Assembly: GCA_963666565.1 (NCBI GenBank) | Contig: OY762911.1 | Location: forward strand, 4,384,011 to 4,448,010 | DNA from: Thermoanaerobaculia bacterium | GTDB lineage: Bacteria; Acidobacteriota; Thermoanaerobaculia; Multivoradales; Multivoraceae | Direction: 5' to 3' | DNA: 64,000 nt | Shown: piece by piece, positions 26,843 through 35,228 of the stretch | How positions within the stretch are numbered: position 1 is the first letter of the stretch | How the letters are laid out: each line of letters opens with the position of its first letter | The notes under the pieces: model-generated | Database searches by the model: none | Seen by the model: only the letters and a program-made list of their open reading frames with translations | What the model was told of the DNA's origin: nothing | Translations under genes and position numbers: made by a program

Positions 26843-27307
26843 GTGTTCGGACGATCCCGACCCCTGGCCGCGGCGACCCTGGTCGCCCTCGGCGTGCTGG
26901 GGACCGGCCAGGCGGCGGCCGGCGAGGCGGAGACGGGAACCGGGACGGACCGCCTGGCCCGCCTCGACTACATGCTGCACTGCCAGGGCTGCCACATGGC
27001 CGACGGCTCGGGCGTCGCGGGCACGGTCCCCCCGCTGCCCGGCGAGGTCGGGAAGTACATCGCCAGCCCGGAGTGGCGGGACTATCTCGTCCAGGTGCCC
27101 GGCGCCTCGCAGGCCCTCATCGACGACGAGGCGCTTGCCAGACTGATGAACTGGGTCGTCAGGCGCTTCGACCCCGGGAACGCGAAGGACCTGAAGCCCT
27201 ACGAAGCGGCGGAGGTCGCCCGGCTGCGCCGGCAGCCCGTCACCAACCCCACCACGGTGCGGCGCCGGATCGTCGCCGCACTGGAGGGCGCGTCCGCCGA
27301 CGGGTAG
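26843..27307 (+). CDS. small mono-heme c-type cytochrome
   Basis: GTG 26843. Signal peptide LAAATLVALGVLGTGQAAAG. One heme motif, LHCQGCHMADGSG. Confidence 0.65.
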   Translation: MFGRSRPLAAATLVALGVLGTGQAAAGEAETGTGTDRLARLDYMLHCQGCHMADGSGVAGTVPPLPGEVGKYIASPEWRDYLVQVPGASQALIDDEALARLMNWVVRRFDPGNAKDLKPYEAAEVARLRRQPVTNPTTVRRRIVAALEGASADG

Positions 27308-27320
27308 CGGCAGCCGCCGG

Positions 27321-27358
27321 CGCGGGTGCGCGGGTAGGCGCGCGGGTCTTCCGACCCG
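27321..27358. repeat. REP element (reverse orientation, preceded by a partial duplicate); possible terminator hairpin
   Basis: gcgggtgcgcgggtaggcgcgcgggtcttccgacccgc lies 14 nt after the cytochrome c stop codon. Confidence 0.8.
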
Positions 27359-27508
27359 CCACGGCCCGGCGAGACGGCCGCGCCCAAACCTGCTAGGGTA
27401 CGCGACGCTCGGGCCGAGGCGATCCCTCTGCGCGCCCGGATCGGAACCAGTCGGAACAGCCCAGCCAACCAGCCCAGCCAGTCGGCAACGCGAGGAAGAC
27501 GGAAGAGT

Positions 27509-27814
27509 ATGGCCACCAAGGCATCGGTCGCCAAGAACGACCGCCGCAAGAAGATCGTCGAGAGATACAAGGCGCGCCGCGACGAGCTGCGCGCGCTGGC
27601 GAAGGACGAACGGCTTCCCGCCGACCAGCGTTTCGAGGCCCAGCGCCTGCTGAACAAGCTGCCGCGGGACTCCAGCCCGGTCCGCGTCCGCAACCGCTGC
27701 GCCGTCAGCGGCCGGCCCCGCGGCTACTACCGCAAGTTCGGTCTCTCGCGCATCGCCCTGCGCGACCTCGCCCTGCGCGGCGAGCTGCCCGGCGTCATCA
27801 AGGCGAGCTGGTAG
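27509..27814 (+). CDS. rpsN: 30S ribosomal protein S14 (long, non-zinc form), stand-alone copy
   Basis: [75 protein letters not shown]. It is 101 aa, lacks CxxC pairs, and is not flanked by other ribosomal protein genes. Confidence 0.9.
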   Translation: MATKASVAKNDRRKKIVERYKARRDELRALAKDERLPADQRFEAQRLLNKLPRDSSPVRVRNRCAVSGRPRGYYRKFGLSRIALRDLALRGELPGVIKASW

Positions 27815-27825
27815 CGCCGCCGGCC

Positions 27826-27966
27826 GCGCGGGTCTTCCGACCCGCCCTGCTGGGTGCGCGGGTCCTCCGACCCGCTCTGCTGGGTGCGCGGGTCCTCCGA
27901 CCCGCCCTGCTGGGTGCGCGGGTCCTCCGACCCGCCCTGCTGGGTGCGCGGGTCTTCCGACCCGCT
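27826..27966. repeat. tandem array of 5 x 30-bp REP units
   Basis: The unit gcgcgggtc(t/c)tccgacccgc(c/t)ctgctgggt is repeated with an exact 30-bp period (cores at 27826, 27856, 27886, 27916, 27946). It lies between two convergent stop codons (27814 and 27967). Confidence 0.95.
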
Positions 27967-28533
27967 TCAGCCTCCGAGCGCCGCGGCGAGTTCGTCGAGC
28001 ATCCGCCGCTCCTCGCGGGAGACGCTGCCAAGACCGAGGAAGCCGCCGGCAGCTTCGGCGACCGCCTGCGCCCGCTTCATGATGTCGTCGCGCAGCGCCG
28101 CGGCGTCCGCCTCGTCGAGTTCGGCCACGAGCGCGGAGGCATAGCCCTTCCAGGCCTCGAGCAGGTCGGCGCCCGGCCGCCGATCCAGCCACGCCGAAAG
28201 CAGCCCGGCGGCGGTCGATCCCCGGGTCACCCCCGCGTCCCTGGCCGCGTGCATGATCGCGTCCCGCTCCGCGGCGTCCATCGCGTGATCCGCCCACGCC
28301 ACTTCGATCAGCGGCACCAGACCCACCGCCACCAGCGCCTCGCCGTGCATGCCCGCGTCGAGCAGGGCGACCAGGACCTCGCGGTGCTCGATGCCCGAAG
28401 CCGCGGCCAGTTCGTCGAGCTGCTCCTCGCGTTCCTTCTGCGCTCGCAGTTCGTCGATCAGCTTCCGGTCCATGTTGCGGAAGAACGCGTCCTCCAGGGA
28501 ATCGCCGCGTTCGCGAAGGGCATCGATCGGCAT
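27967..28533 (-). CDS. hypothetical protein, possibly TerB-like domain
   Basis: ATG 28533. The sequence is MPIDALRERGDSLEDAFFRNMDRKLIDELRAQKEREEQL.. then LIEVAWADHAMDAAERDAIMHAARDAG, reminiscent of the TerB/DjlA-N pattern (aDG..-..-E). The upstream part of the ORF-track entry is extension only. Confidence 0.4.
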   Translation of the reverse strand: MPIDALRERGDSLEDAFFRNMDRKLIDELRAQKEREEQLDELAAASGIEHREVLVALLDAGMHGEALVAVGLVPLIEVAWADHAMDAAERDAIMHAARDAGVTRGSTAAGLLSAWLDRRPGADLLEAWKGYASALVAELDEADAAALRDDIMKRAQAVAEAAGGFLGLGSVSREERRMLDELAAALGG

Positions 28534-28765
28534 CTGGGGGCTCGCTTCCTCTTGGGGTGTGTTCGGTGGTGGCGGAATCCCGGGACCGCGGCGTTCCCGG
28601 CGCTCAAGGGGCCGGCATCGTAACACCTGGGTCGGACGCCTGCGCCTGCGTCGGACGCCCGCGCCCGGGTCGGACGCCCGCGCCTGGCTCGGCCGCCCGC
28701 GGCACGCGCTGCTACGCTCCATCGACCGCCATTCGGAACCGTTCATCGCCCAGGGAGACCTGCCC

Positions 28766-29800
28766 ATGCTCCACCGTCCCGCGCGCGGCCATCGGCCGCT
28801 GCCGCTTCCCGTCCTTCTCCTCCTTCTGTCGTTCGCGGCGTCCGGCGCGGTCGCGCAGACGGTCACCGTGTGCATGCCGTCGTTCTTCGCCGACTCGCTG
28901 GGCGACCTCCAGGAGAAGCACGAGAATCTCCGCCTGGCGATCATCGACGACGACCTGGACCCCAGCGACTGCAACGGCCTGATCGCGGGCTACCGTGGCG
29001 TCGAGAACTACCTGACGGCAGACGGCGACCTCCGCTGGATCCAGAGCAACTCGGCCGGCGTCGAGGGCTTCCTCGAGATCCCGGACCTGCGCGACAGCGA
29101 CATCGTGCTGACCAACGCGAAGATCATCCAGGGCCCCGAGATCGCCGACCACGCCTTCGCCCTGCTGCTGAACTTCACCCGCAACATCAAGGCGTTCAAC
29201 GCCCGGATGGCGGAGGGCTGGAACACGGACCGCGAGCTGCCGATGATCGAGCTCCGGGGCAAGACGGCGCTGGTCATCGGCCTCGGCGGCATCGGCACCC
29301 AGATCGCGCAGCGGGGCGCCGCCTTCGGCATGACGGTGCTCGCCGTCGATCCGAAGGACATCCCGATCCACCGCGACGTCGCCTACGTCGGCAAGCCGGA
29401 CGAACTCGACGACCTGCTGCCGCGGGCCGACGTTGTCTTCTCGTCCGTGCCGCACACGCCCGCCACGGAGGGGATGATCGGCGCCCGCCAGTTCGAGCTG
29501 ATGAAGCAGGACGTGTACTTCATCAACATCTCGCGCGGCAAGATCGTCGACACGGACGCCCTGGTGGCGGCGCTTCAGAGCGGCAAGGTCCGCGCCGCCG
29601 GGCTGGACGTGACGGACCCCGAGCCCCTGCCCACCGGCCACCCGCTGTGGACGATGCCGAACGTCACGATCACGCCGCATCTGGCGACGATCTCCGACCG
29701 GCTGGAAGAGCGCCGAACGGCGCTGCTGCGCGACAACGTCACGCGCTTCGCCACCGGCAGGCCGCTCCGCAACGTGGTCGACAAGCAGGTCGGCTACTAG
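28766..29800 (+). CDS. D-isomer-specific 2-hydroxyacid dehydrogenase family protein with an apparent signal peptide
   Basis: AGGGAGA precedes ATG 28766. MLHRPARGHRPLPLPVLLLLLSFAASGAVAQT, then the NAD fold GKTALVIGLGGIGTQIAQRGAAFGMTVLAVD, FINISRGKIVD, GLDVTDPEPLP and TPHLAT. Confidence 0.75.
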   Translation: MLHRPARGHRPLPLPVLLLLLSFAASGAVAQTVTVCMPSFFADSLGDLQEKHENLRLAIIDDDLDPSDCNGLIAGYRGVENYLTADGDLRWIQSNSAGVEGFLEIPDLRDSDIVLTNAKIIQGPEIADHAFALLLNFTRNIKAFNARMAEGWNTDRELPMIELRGKTALVIGLGGIGTQIAQRGAAFGMTVLAVDPKDIPIHRDVAYVGKPDELDDLLPRADVVFSSVPHTPATEGMIGARQFELMKQDVYFINISRGKIVDTDALVAALQSGKVRAAGLDVTDPEPLPTGHPLWTMPNVTITPHLATISDRLEERRTALLRDNVTRFATGRPLRNVVDKQVGY

Positions 29801-29809
29801 GAGGCGCCG

Positions 29810-32800
29810 CTGCGAACCAGCAGCGCCGGCGCGCAGGCAACCCGCAGCACACCGGGTGCGCGGGTCTTCCGACCCGCACGACAGCTGGGTGCGCGGGTCT
29901 TCCGACCCGCACACGGGCGAAGCCGCGGAGCGGCGCAGCCCGCACGACAGCGGCGCCGGCCTTCGGCCGGCACGTTCTTCCGGCCGCCTTCGGCGGCAGC
30001 GGGTCGGAAGACCCGCGCACCCGGCGGCACGTTCCTCGCCCTCCTGCTCTGCGCCGCTGCCGCGGCCGCTCAGCCGGCGGCGGAGGCGCCGCCGGACCTC
30101 CTCGACGCCCTCGCGTTCCGCCACGTCGGGCCCATCGGCAACCGGGTCTCCGCCGTCGCCGGCGTCCCCGGCGATCCGCTGACCTGGTACGCCGGCGCCG
30201 CCTCCGGCGGGCTGTGGCGCAGCAACGACGGCGGCGTCGGCTGGGACCCCATCTTCGACCGGCAGGAGGCAGCGTCGGTCGGCGCCATCGCCGTCGCTCC
30301 GTCCGACCCGAACGTCGTCTGGGCCGGGACCGGCGAGAGCTTCATCCGCAGCAACATCTCGATCGGCGACGGCGTCTACCGCTCCACCGACCGCGGCGAC
30401 ACCTGGGACCACCTCGGCCTCGAAGCCAGCGGCCGGATCGGCCGCATCCTGGTCCGCCCTGACGACCCGGACACGGCCCTGGTCGCCGCCCTCGGCCACG
30501 CCTACGGGCCGCAGCCGCGCGAGGAGGCCGGCCGCGGCGTCTTCCGCACGACGGACGGCGGCGCCACCTGGGAGCACGTCCTCTTCGTCGACCCGGACAC
30601 CGGCATCGTCGACCTCGCCTTCGCACCCGACAACCCGCGCTTCGTCTACGCCGCGGCCTGGCAGATCGAGATCCGCACCTCCGGCCGCACCAGCGGCGGC
30701 CCGGGCAGCGGCATCTACCGGTCCGGGGACGGCGGCGATTCCTGGACGCTCCTCGACGGCGCGGGGCTGCCGGCGTCGCCGCTGGGCAAGATCGGACTCG
30801 CCGTCTCGGCCGACGATCCGGACCGGGTCTACGCCCTGATCGAGACGAGCTCGAACCGGGACTTCGCCCCCTCCGATCCCTTCGCCGGCGTCCTCTGGCG
30901 CTCGGACGACCGCGGCGACTCCTGGCGCCTGGTCAGCCGCAACCTCGACCTGATCACCCGGCCGCTCTACTACACGCGGATGGCCGCCGCGCCCGACCGC
31001 GCCGACGAGATCACCTTCGTCGCCACCCGGCAACGGGTGTCGCTCGACGGCGGTCGCACCGTCGCTACCGAGGGCTTCGACCAGCCCGGCTGGGACCACC
31101 ACGACATCTGGATCGACCCGCTCGACCCGGACCGCCGGATCGTCGGCCACGACGGCGGCGTCAGCGTCACGCACGACCGCGGGCGATCCTGGTACAGGCC
31201 CCAGTTGCCGATCGCGCAGATGTACCACGTCTCGACCGACGACCGCGTGCCCTACTTCGTCTACGGCAACCGGCAGGACGGCCCGTCGATGCGGGGGCCG
31301 AGCCGCGTGCTCTACGGCGGCCGCACCGCCGGCATCCCGGTCGGCGAGTGGCACTCGGTCGGCGGCTGCGAGGTCGGCTTCTCCATGGTCCACCGCGCCG
31401 ACAACGACCTGGTCTGGACCGGCTGCTACGACGGCCAGCTCGAGCTGTACGACCTGCGCTCCGGCCAGTCCCGCGACGTCAGCGTCTGGCCGCTGGCGAT
31501 CGAGGGGTCGCCGGCTTCGGAACTCCAGTACCGCTTCCAGTGGACCGCGCCCTTCGCCACCTCGCCGCACGATCCGGAGACCGTCTACGCCGGCAGCCAG
31601 TACGTCCACCGGAGCCGCGACCGCGGCCAGAGCTGGGAGCGGATCTCGCCCGATCTCACGACGGCCGACCCGGCGCTCATGCAGCGAACCGGCGGCCTGA
31701 CCCTCGACGACGCCGGACCGACCATCGCGCCGGTCGTGTTCGCGATCGCGGAGAGCCCGCTTGAGCCCGGCCTGATCTGGGCCGGCACGAACGACGGCCA
31801 GGTCCAGTTGACCCGCGACGGCGGCGCGACCTGGACCGACGTGACGGCCAACATTCCCGGCCTGCCGCCCCTGGGCACCGTGCGGAACATCGATCCGTCC
31901 GACGTCGACGCCGGCGCGGCGTACGTGGCGATCGACCGTCACCAGGAAGGCGACACGACGCCCTACGCGTTCCGGACGAACGACTACGGCGAGACCTGGA
32001 CCGACCTCGCCGCCGGCCTGCCGCGCGGTCCGCTCGCCAACGTCCACGCCATCCGCGAGGATCCGGAGCAGGCCGGACTCCTGTTCCTGGGCGCCGAGAA
32101 CGCGCTCCACGTCTCCTTCGACGACGGCGCGAACTGGCGAAGCCTGTCCCGCCGCAGCGACGGCGCCCCGAACCTGGCGCCAGCGCCCGTCCACTGGATC
32201 GAGGTCCAGGAACACTTCGACGATCTGGTCGTCGCCACCTACGGCCGCGGCATCTGGATCCTCGACGACCTGACGCCCCTGCGCGAGATCGCCCGCGGCC
32301 TGACGGATCGCGGCCCGGCCCTCTTGCCGCCCCGCGCCGCCTACCGCTTCCGCACCCGCGGCGCGCCGATGGCCCAGCCCGACGTCCCGGCCACCGGCAC
32401 GAACCCGCCCTACGGCGCCCTGCTCCACTACTGGGTCCCGCCGCCTCCCGCCCCGCCGGGTGCGCGGGTCTTCCGACCCGCTTCCGGGGAAAGCGCGCTG
32501 GGTGCGCGGGTCTTCCGACCCGCATCCGGGAAGACCGCGCCGGGTGCGCGAGTCTTCCCGCCCGCATCCGGCGAAACCGCACTGGGTACGCGGGTCTTCC
32601 GACCCGCATCGGGGGAGACCGCGACGATCCGCATCCGCGACGCCGGCGGCAACCTCGTCCGCACCCTCGACGGTCTCCCCTCGGCGCCGGGCCTCCACCG
32701 CGTCACCTGGGACCTGCGCCACGACCCGACCGCCCAGGTCCGGCTGCGCTCGAAGCCGGACGAGCGGCCCGACTGGGAGATGCCGGACCAGGGCTGGCGG

Positions 32801-33529
32801 CCCCTGCCCGACGGCGGCCGTTTCTCCATGCTGGCGGCGCCGGGCAGCTACACGATCGAACTCGTACTTCCTGGCGGCGGCGGCGACAGCGACAGGAGCA
32901 GCGCGGACGAGGGCGAGACGCCTCCCCCGAGCGAGGCCGGCAGCGCGGACGAGAGCGAGGCGGCGCCGCAGACTGACGGCGACGCGGAAGAGGACGGCTA
33001 TCCGGCGTCGACGGTCCATCTCGACGTCATGCTCGACCCGGACTCCACCGCCTCCGCCGCCGACCTGGCCGCGCAGCAGGCCCTGCTCGTCGAGATCCGC
33101 GACGGCATCGAACGCGCCGCATACCTCCTCAACGAAGCCGAGCGTCTCCGCCGCGACCTGCGCCAGCTCGAGGATCGCCTCATGGACGAAGGCGGCAGCA
33201 TCGAGATCTCCGAAGCGACCGACCGGGTCACCGCGCTACGGCAGGACCTCCGCTCGATCGAGGAGACGTTCTTCGACCTCCGCCTGACCGGTACCGGCCA
33301 GGATTCGCTGCGCTGGCCGCGCCGGCTCTACGCCCGGCTGACCTACCTCGCCCGCTCGGTCGCCCAGACCGACGCGAGGCCGACGGATCAGCAGGCGGCG
33401 GTGTGGGAGCTGCTCGCGGGCCAGCTCGCCGAACAGGAGCAGCGGTTCGACGCCACGCTTGCCGGCCCGCTGGCGGACCTGAACCGGACCCTTGCCGACA
33501 GCGGATTCCTGCTGGTGGCCCCTCCTTGA
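29810..33529 (+). CDS. secreted BNR/Asp-box repeat (sortilin/VPS10-like) protein; true start unresolved
   Basis: Frame 2 is open from 29801. Signal-like FLALLLCAAAAAAQPAAEA begins at 30032. Asp-boxes: WRSNDGGVGW, YRSTDRGDTW, FRTTDGGATW, YRSGDGGDSW, WRSDDRGDSW, THDRGRSW, SRDRGQSW, TRDGGATW, SFDDGANW. No ATG, GTG or TTG occurs in frame before 30980, which explains why the ORF track starts there. AGGAGG 29799-29804 plus a 5-nt spacer plus in-frame CTG 29810 is the only SD-associated candidate start. Confidence 0.65.
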   Translation: MRTSSAGAQATRSTPGARVFRPARQLGARVFRPAHGRSRGAAQPARQRRRPSAGTFFRPPSAAAGRKTRAPGGTFLALLLCAAAAAAQPAAEAPPDLLDALAFRHVGPIGNRVSAVAGVPGDPLTWYAGAASGGLWRSNDGGVGWDPIFDRQEAASVGAIAVAPSDPNVVWAGTGESFIRSNISIGDGVYRSTDRGDTWDHLGLEASGRIGRILVRPDDPDTALVAALGHAYGPQPREEAGRGVFRTTDGGATWEHVLFVDPDTGIVDLAFAPDNPRFVYAAAWQIEIRTSGRTSGGPGSGIYRSGDGGDSWTLLDGAGLPASPLGKIGLAVSADDPDRVYALIETSSNRDFAPSDPFAGVLWRSDDRGDSWRLVSRNLDLITRPLYYTRMAAAPDRADEITFVATRQRVSLDGGRTVATEGFDQPGWDHHDIWIDPLDPDRRIVGHDGGVSVTHDRGRSWYRPQLPIAQMYHVSTDDRVPYFVYGNRQDGPSMRGPSRVLYGGRTAGIPVGEWHSVGGCEVGFSMVHRADNDLVWTGCYDGQLELYDLRSGQSRDVSVWPLAIEGSPASELQYRFQWTAPFATSPHDPETVYAGSQYVHRSRDRGQSWERISPDLTTADPALMQRTGGLTLDDAGPTIAPVVFAIAESPLEPGLIWAGTNDGQVQLTRDGGATWTDVTANIPGLPPLGTVRNIDPSDVDAGAAYVAIDRHQEGDTTPYAFRTNDYGETWTDLAAGLPRGPLANVHAIREDPEQAGLLFLGAENALHVSFDDGANWRSLSRRSDGAPNLAPAPVHWIEVQEHFDDLVVATYGRGIWILDDLTPLREIARGLTDRGPALLPPRAAYRFRTRGAPMAQPDVPATGTNPPYGALLHYWVPPPPAPPGARVFRPASGESALGARVFRPASGKTAPGARVFPPASGETALGTRVFRPASGETATIRIRDAGGNLVRTLDGLPSAPGLHRVTWDLRHDPTAQVRLRSKPDERPDWEMPDQGWRPLPDGGRFSMLAAPGSYTIELVLPGGGGDSDRSSADEGETPPPSEAGSADESEAAPQTDGDAEEDGYPASTVHLDVMLDPDSTASAADLAAQQALLVEIRDGIERAAYLLNEAERLRRDLRQLEDRLMDEGGSIEISEATDRVTALRQDLRSIEETFFDLRLTGTGQDSLRWPRRLYARLTYLARSVAQTDARPTDQQAAVWELLAGQLAEQEQRFDATLAGPLADLNRTLADSGFLLVAPP
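29854..30022. repeat. three REP copies (two reverse with 33-bp spacing, one full forward copy)
   Basis: gggtgcgcgggtcttccgacccgc occurs at 29854-29877 and 29887-29910. ggccgccttcggcggcagcgggtcggaagacccgcgcaccc occurs at 29982-30022. The last copy is flanked by ggcacgttc(t/c)tc at 29967-29978 and 30026-30037. Confidence 0.9.
32458..32607. repeat. tandem array of 4 x 42-bp REP units inside the BNR-protein coding sequence
   Basis: gggtgcgcgggtcttccgacccgc-type cores lie at 32458, 32500, 32542 (degenerate) and 32584. They are translated in frame as [56 protein letters not shown]. Confidence 0.9.
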
Positions 33530-33610
33530 CCCCGACCGCGGTCCAACCTCCGCCCCGCTTCCAGCCGACCTGCCCACGCGGCGCGTCCCGCGCCATCCGC
33601 GTCGCACTCC

Positions 33611-34549
33611 ATGCTTCCGTCTAGCTCCAGCGCACCCACGGCCGCCTCTCCCCGGCAGCGCCGCATCGAGGCCAGCGGCACCGAGCTCGCGGTCTACGAG
33701 TGGGGCCGACCCGACGCCCCGGCGATCCTCCTCGCGCACGGCATCCAGGACTTCGCGCTCACGCTCGCCCCCGTCGCGGAAGCCCTCGCCGCCGACCACC
33801 GGGTCATCGCCTACGACCTGCGCGGCCACGGCGAGAGCGCGCATCCCGGCATCTACACGATGGCCCACCACATCGCCGACCTGCACGCCGTCTTCCTCGA
33901 CTGCGAACTCGACCGGCCCATCGTCGTCGGCCACAGCCTCGGCGGCCAAGTCGTCGCCCAGTGGGCCGGCATCTTCGCCGAGTTGCCGCGCGCGGTCGTC
34001 CTGATCGAGGGCCTCGGCCCGCCCTACGCGCTGAACCGGTTCCCGGAGGAGGTCAAGCAGAAGCGGGCCAGGAACGCGATCGAGTCGCTGACCCACCCGC
34101 GGAAGCACCGGCTGGTCGCCTCGAAGGACCACGCCCGGGAGCTCCTCCAGCGCGTCCATCCCCGCCTCGACCCGGACCGCGCCCGCGAGTTCGTCGAACT
34201 GGGCACCCGCCCCCTGCCGGGCGGCGGCCTGGAATGGAAGTGGGACCCCCAGGTCGTCACGACCTGGATGTCGAACGTGCCGGAGGCCTCCGAGGAACGC
34301 TGGTCCTGGGTCGCCTGCCCCGCGCTCATCCTGACCGCCGCCCTGGCCAACGAGTTCTGGAGCGGCCGCCGCGGCGTCGACGAACAGCACGCCACCCCCG
34401 AACCCGAAGAGATCGCCCGCCGCGTCGCCCTCTTCCGCCGCGGCGAACACGAGGAGATCGAAGGCGCCGGCCACATGGTCCACTACGACGTCCCGGACCG
34501 GCTCGTGGCCACCGTCCGCCGCTTCCTGCACCGCTTGCCGGCGGCGTAG
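33611..34549 (+). CDS. alpha/beta-fold hydrolase
   Basis: HG oxyanion motif LLAHGIQD. Nucleophile elbow VVGHSLGG. C-terminal GAGHMVHYD. Confidence 0.8.
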   Translation: MLPSSSSAPTAASPRQRRIEASGTELAVYEWGRPDAPAILLAHGIQDFALTLAPVAEALAADHRVIAYDLRGHGESAHPGIYTMAHHIADLHAVFLDCELDRPIVVGHSLGGQVVAQWAGIFAELPRAVVLIEGLGPPYALNRFPEEVKQKRARNAIESLTHPRKHRLVASKDHARELLQRVHPRLDPDRAREFVELGTRPLPGGGLEWKWDPQVVTTWMSNVPEASEERWSWVACPALILTAALANEFWSGRRGVDEQHATPEPEEIARRVALFRRGEHEEIEGAGHMVHYDVPDRLVATVRRFLHRLPAA

Positions 34550-34555
34550 CGCCGT

Positions 34556-35191
34556 TCACGCGCCGTTTCGCGCGAGAGGAAAGGTCGCCTCGATCGTGTA
34601 GCGCGCCCCCGACGGGTGCAAGATGCTTGAGTACAGATGAAACTCCGAGACGTCGCGAACCGGGCTCCGGAACAGCGAGTGGAAGGCCAGATACCTCTGC
34701 AGGTCGGCGGGCGGGGGCGGCCGGCGAAATCGAACCAGGCTGACGTGGGGATTGAACCTCCGTCGCTTCAGGGCAACGCCGGCTCGCCGAAGGGCGCGGG
34801 CGACGGCGCCGGCAAGAGCCGCGAGCTCGGCCTTCGGCGACGCGCCGGTCCAGAGCACCCGCGGAGCGCCGCGCCCGGGAACGCAGCCGAGGCCGTGAAG
34901 TTCGAGACCTATCGAGTCGGCCTCGATCTCGGCCAGGGCATCTTCGATCCGCTCGACCGCCGGGCCATCGACCTCGCCGATGAACGCGAGCGTGAGATGC
35001 AGAGCGTCCTCGTCCAGCCAGCGGGCGTTGCGCAGGCCGGACTGCAGGCTTCGGGCAGCCGCCTTCAACTCCGGAGGCAAGTCGAGGGCAACGAACAGGC
35101 GCGGCAACGAGGGTTCTACTCCCCGCAACCCGATGTTGCGCAGCCGCGTACGGGAGCGGGTGTCCCGAAGCTGGCCAGAAGGCCGGCGCAC
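34556..35191 (-). CDS. thpR: RNA 2',3'-cyclic phosphodiesterase (2H phosphoesterase, ThpR/LigT)
   Basis: Two HxT/SxL motifs are present: ALHLTLAFIGE and NPHVSLVRF. The start codon is uncertain and the N-terminal ~30 codons may be extension. Confidence 0.75.
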   Translation of the reverse strand: MRRPSGQLRDTRSRTRLRNIGLRGVEPSLPRLFVALDLPPELKAAARSLQSGLRNARWLDEDALHLTLAFIGEVDGPAVERIEDALAEIEADSIGLELHGLGCVPGRGAPRVLWTGASPKAELAALAGAVARALRRAGVALKRRRFNPHVSLVRFRRPPPPADLQRYLAFHSLFRSPVRDVSEFHLYSSILHPSGARYTIEATFPLARNGA

Positions 35192-35228
35192 GAGTCGCGG
35201 AGGACACGCGGTCCGCTCGTTGAACCGC

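Noticed and set aside
27308-27814. Stand-alone rpsN as a Zur-regulated zinc-independent paralog with a Zur box upstream.
   Set aside because: The protein is indeed the Cys-poor long form and sits outside a ribosomal operon. However, the upstream 200 nt are GC-rich and show no AT-rich palindrome resembling known Zur boxes. Without the rest of the genome, a second S14 copy cannot be shown.
28712-33019. Very long ORFs on the opposite strand or in alternative frames. Examples: 28712-33019 minus (1435 aa), 59705-63187 minus, 21328-23880 minus, 17625-19595 minus, 35718-39188 plus upstream part, 36525-40256 minus upstream part.
   Set aside because: Their translations are Arg/Gly/Pro/Ala-rich low-complexity strings with no motifs. 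They overlap genes with clear family signatures on the other strand or frame. Stop-poor GC-rich DNA produces such shadows.
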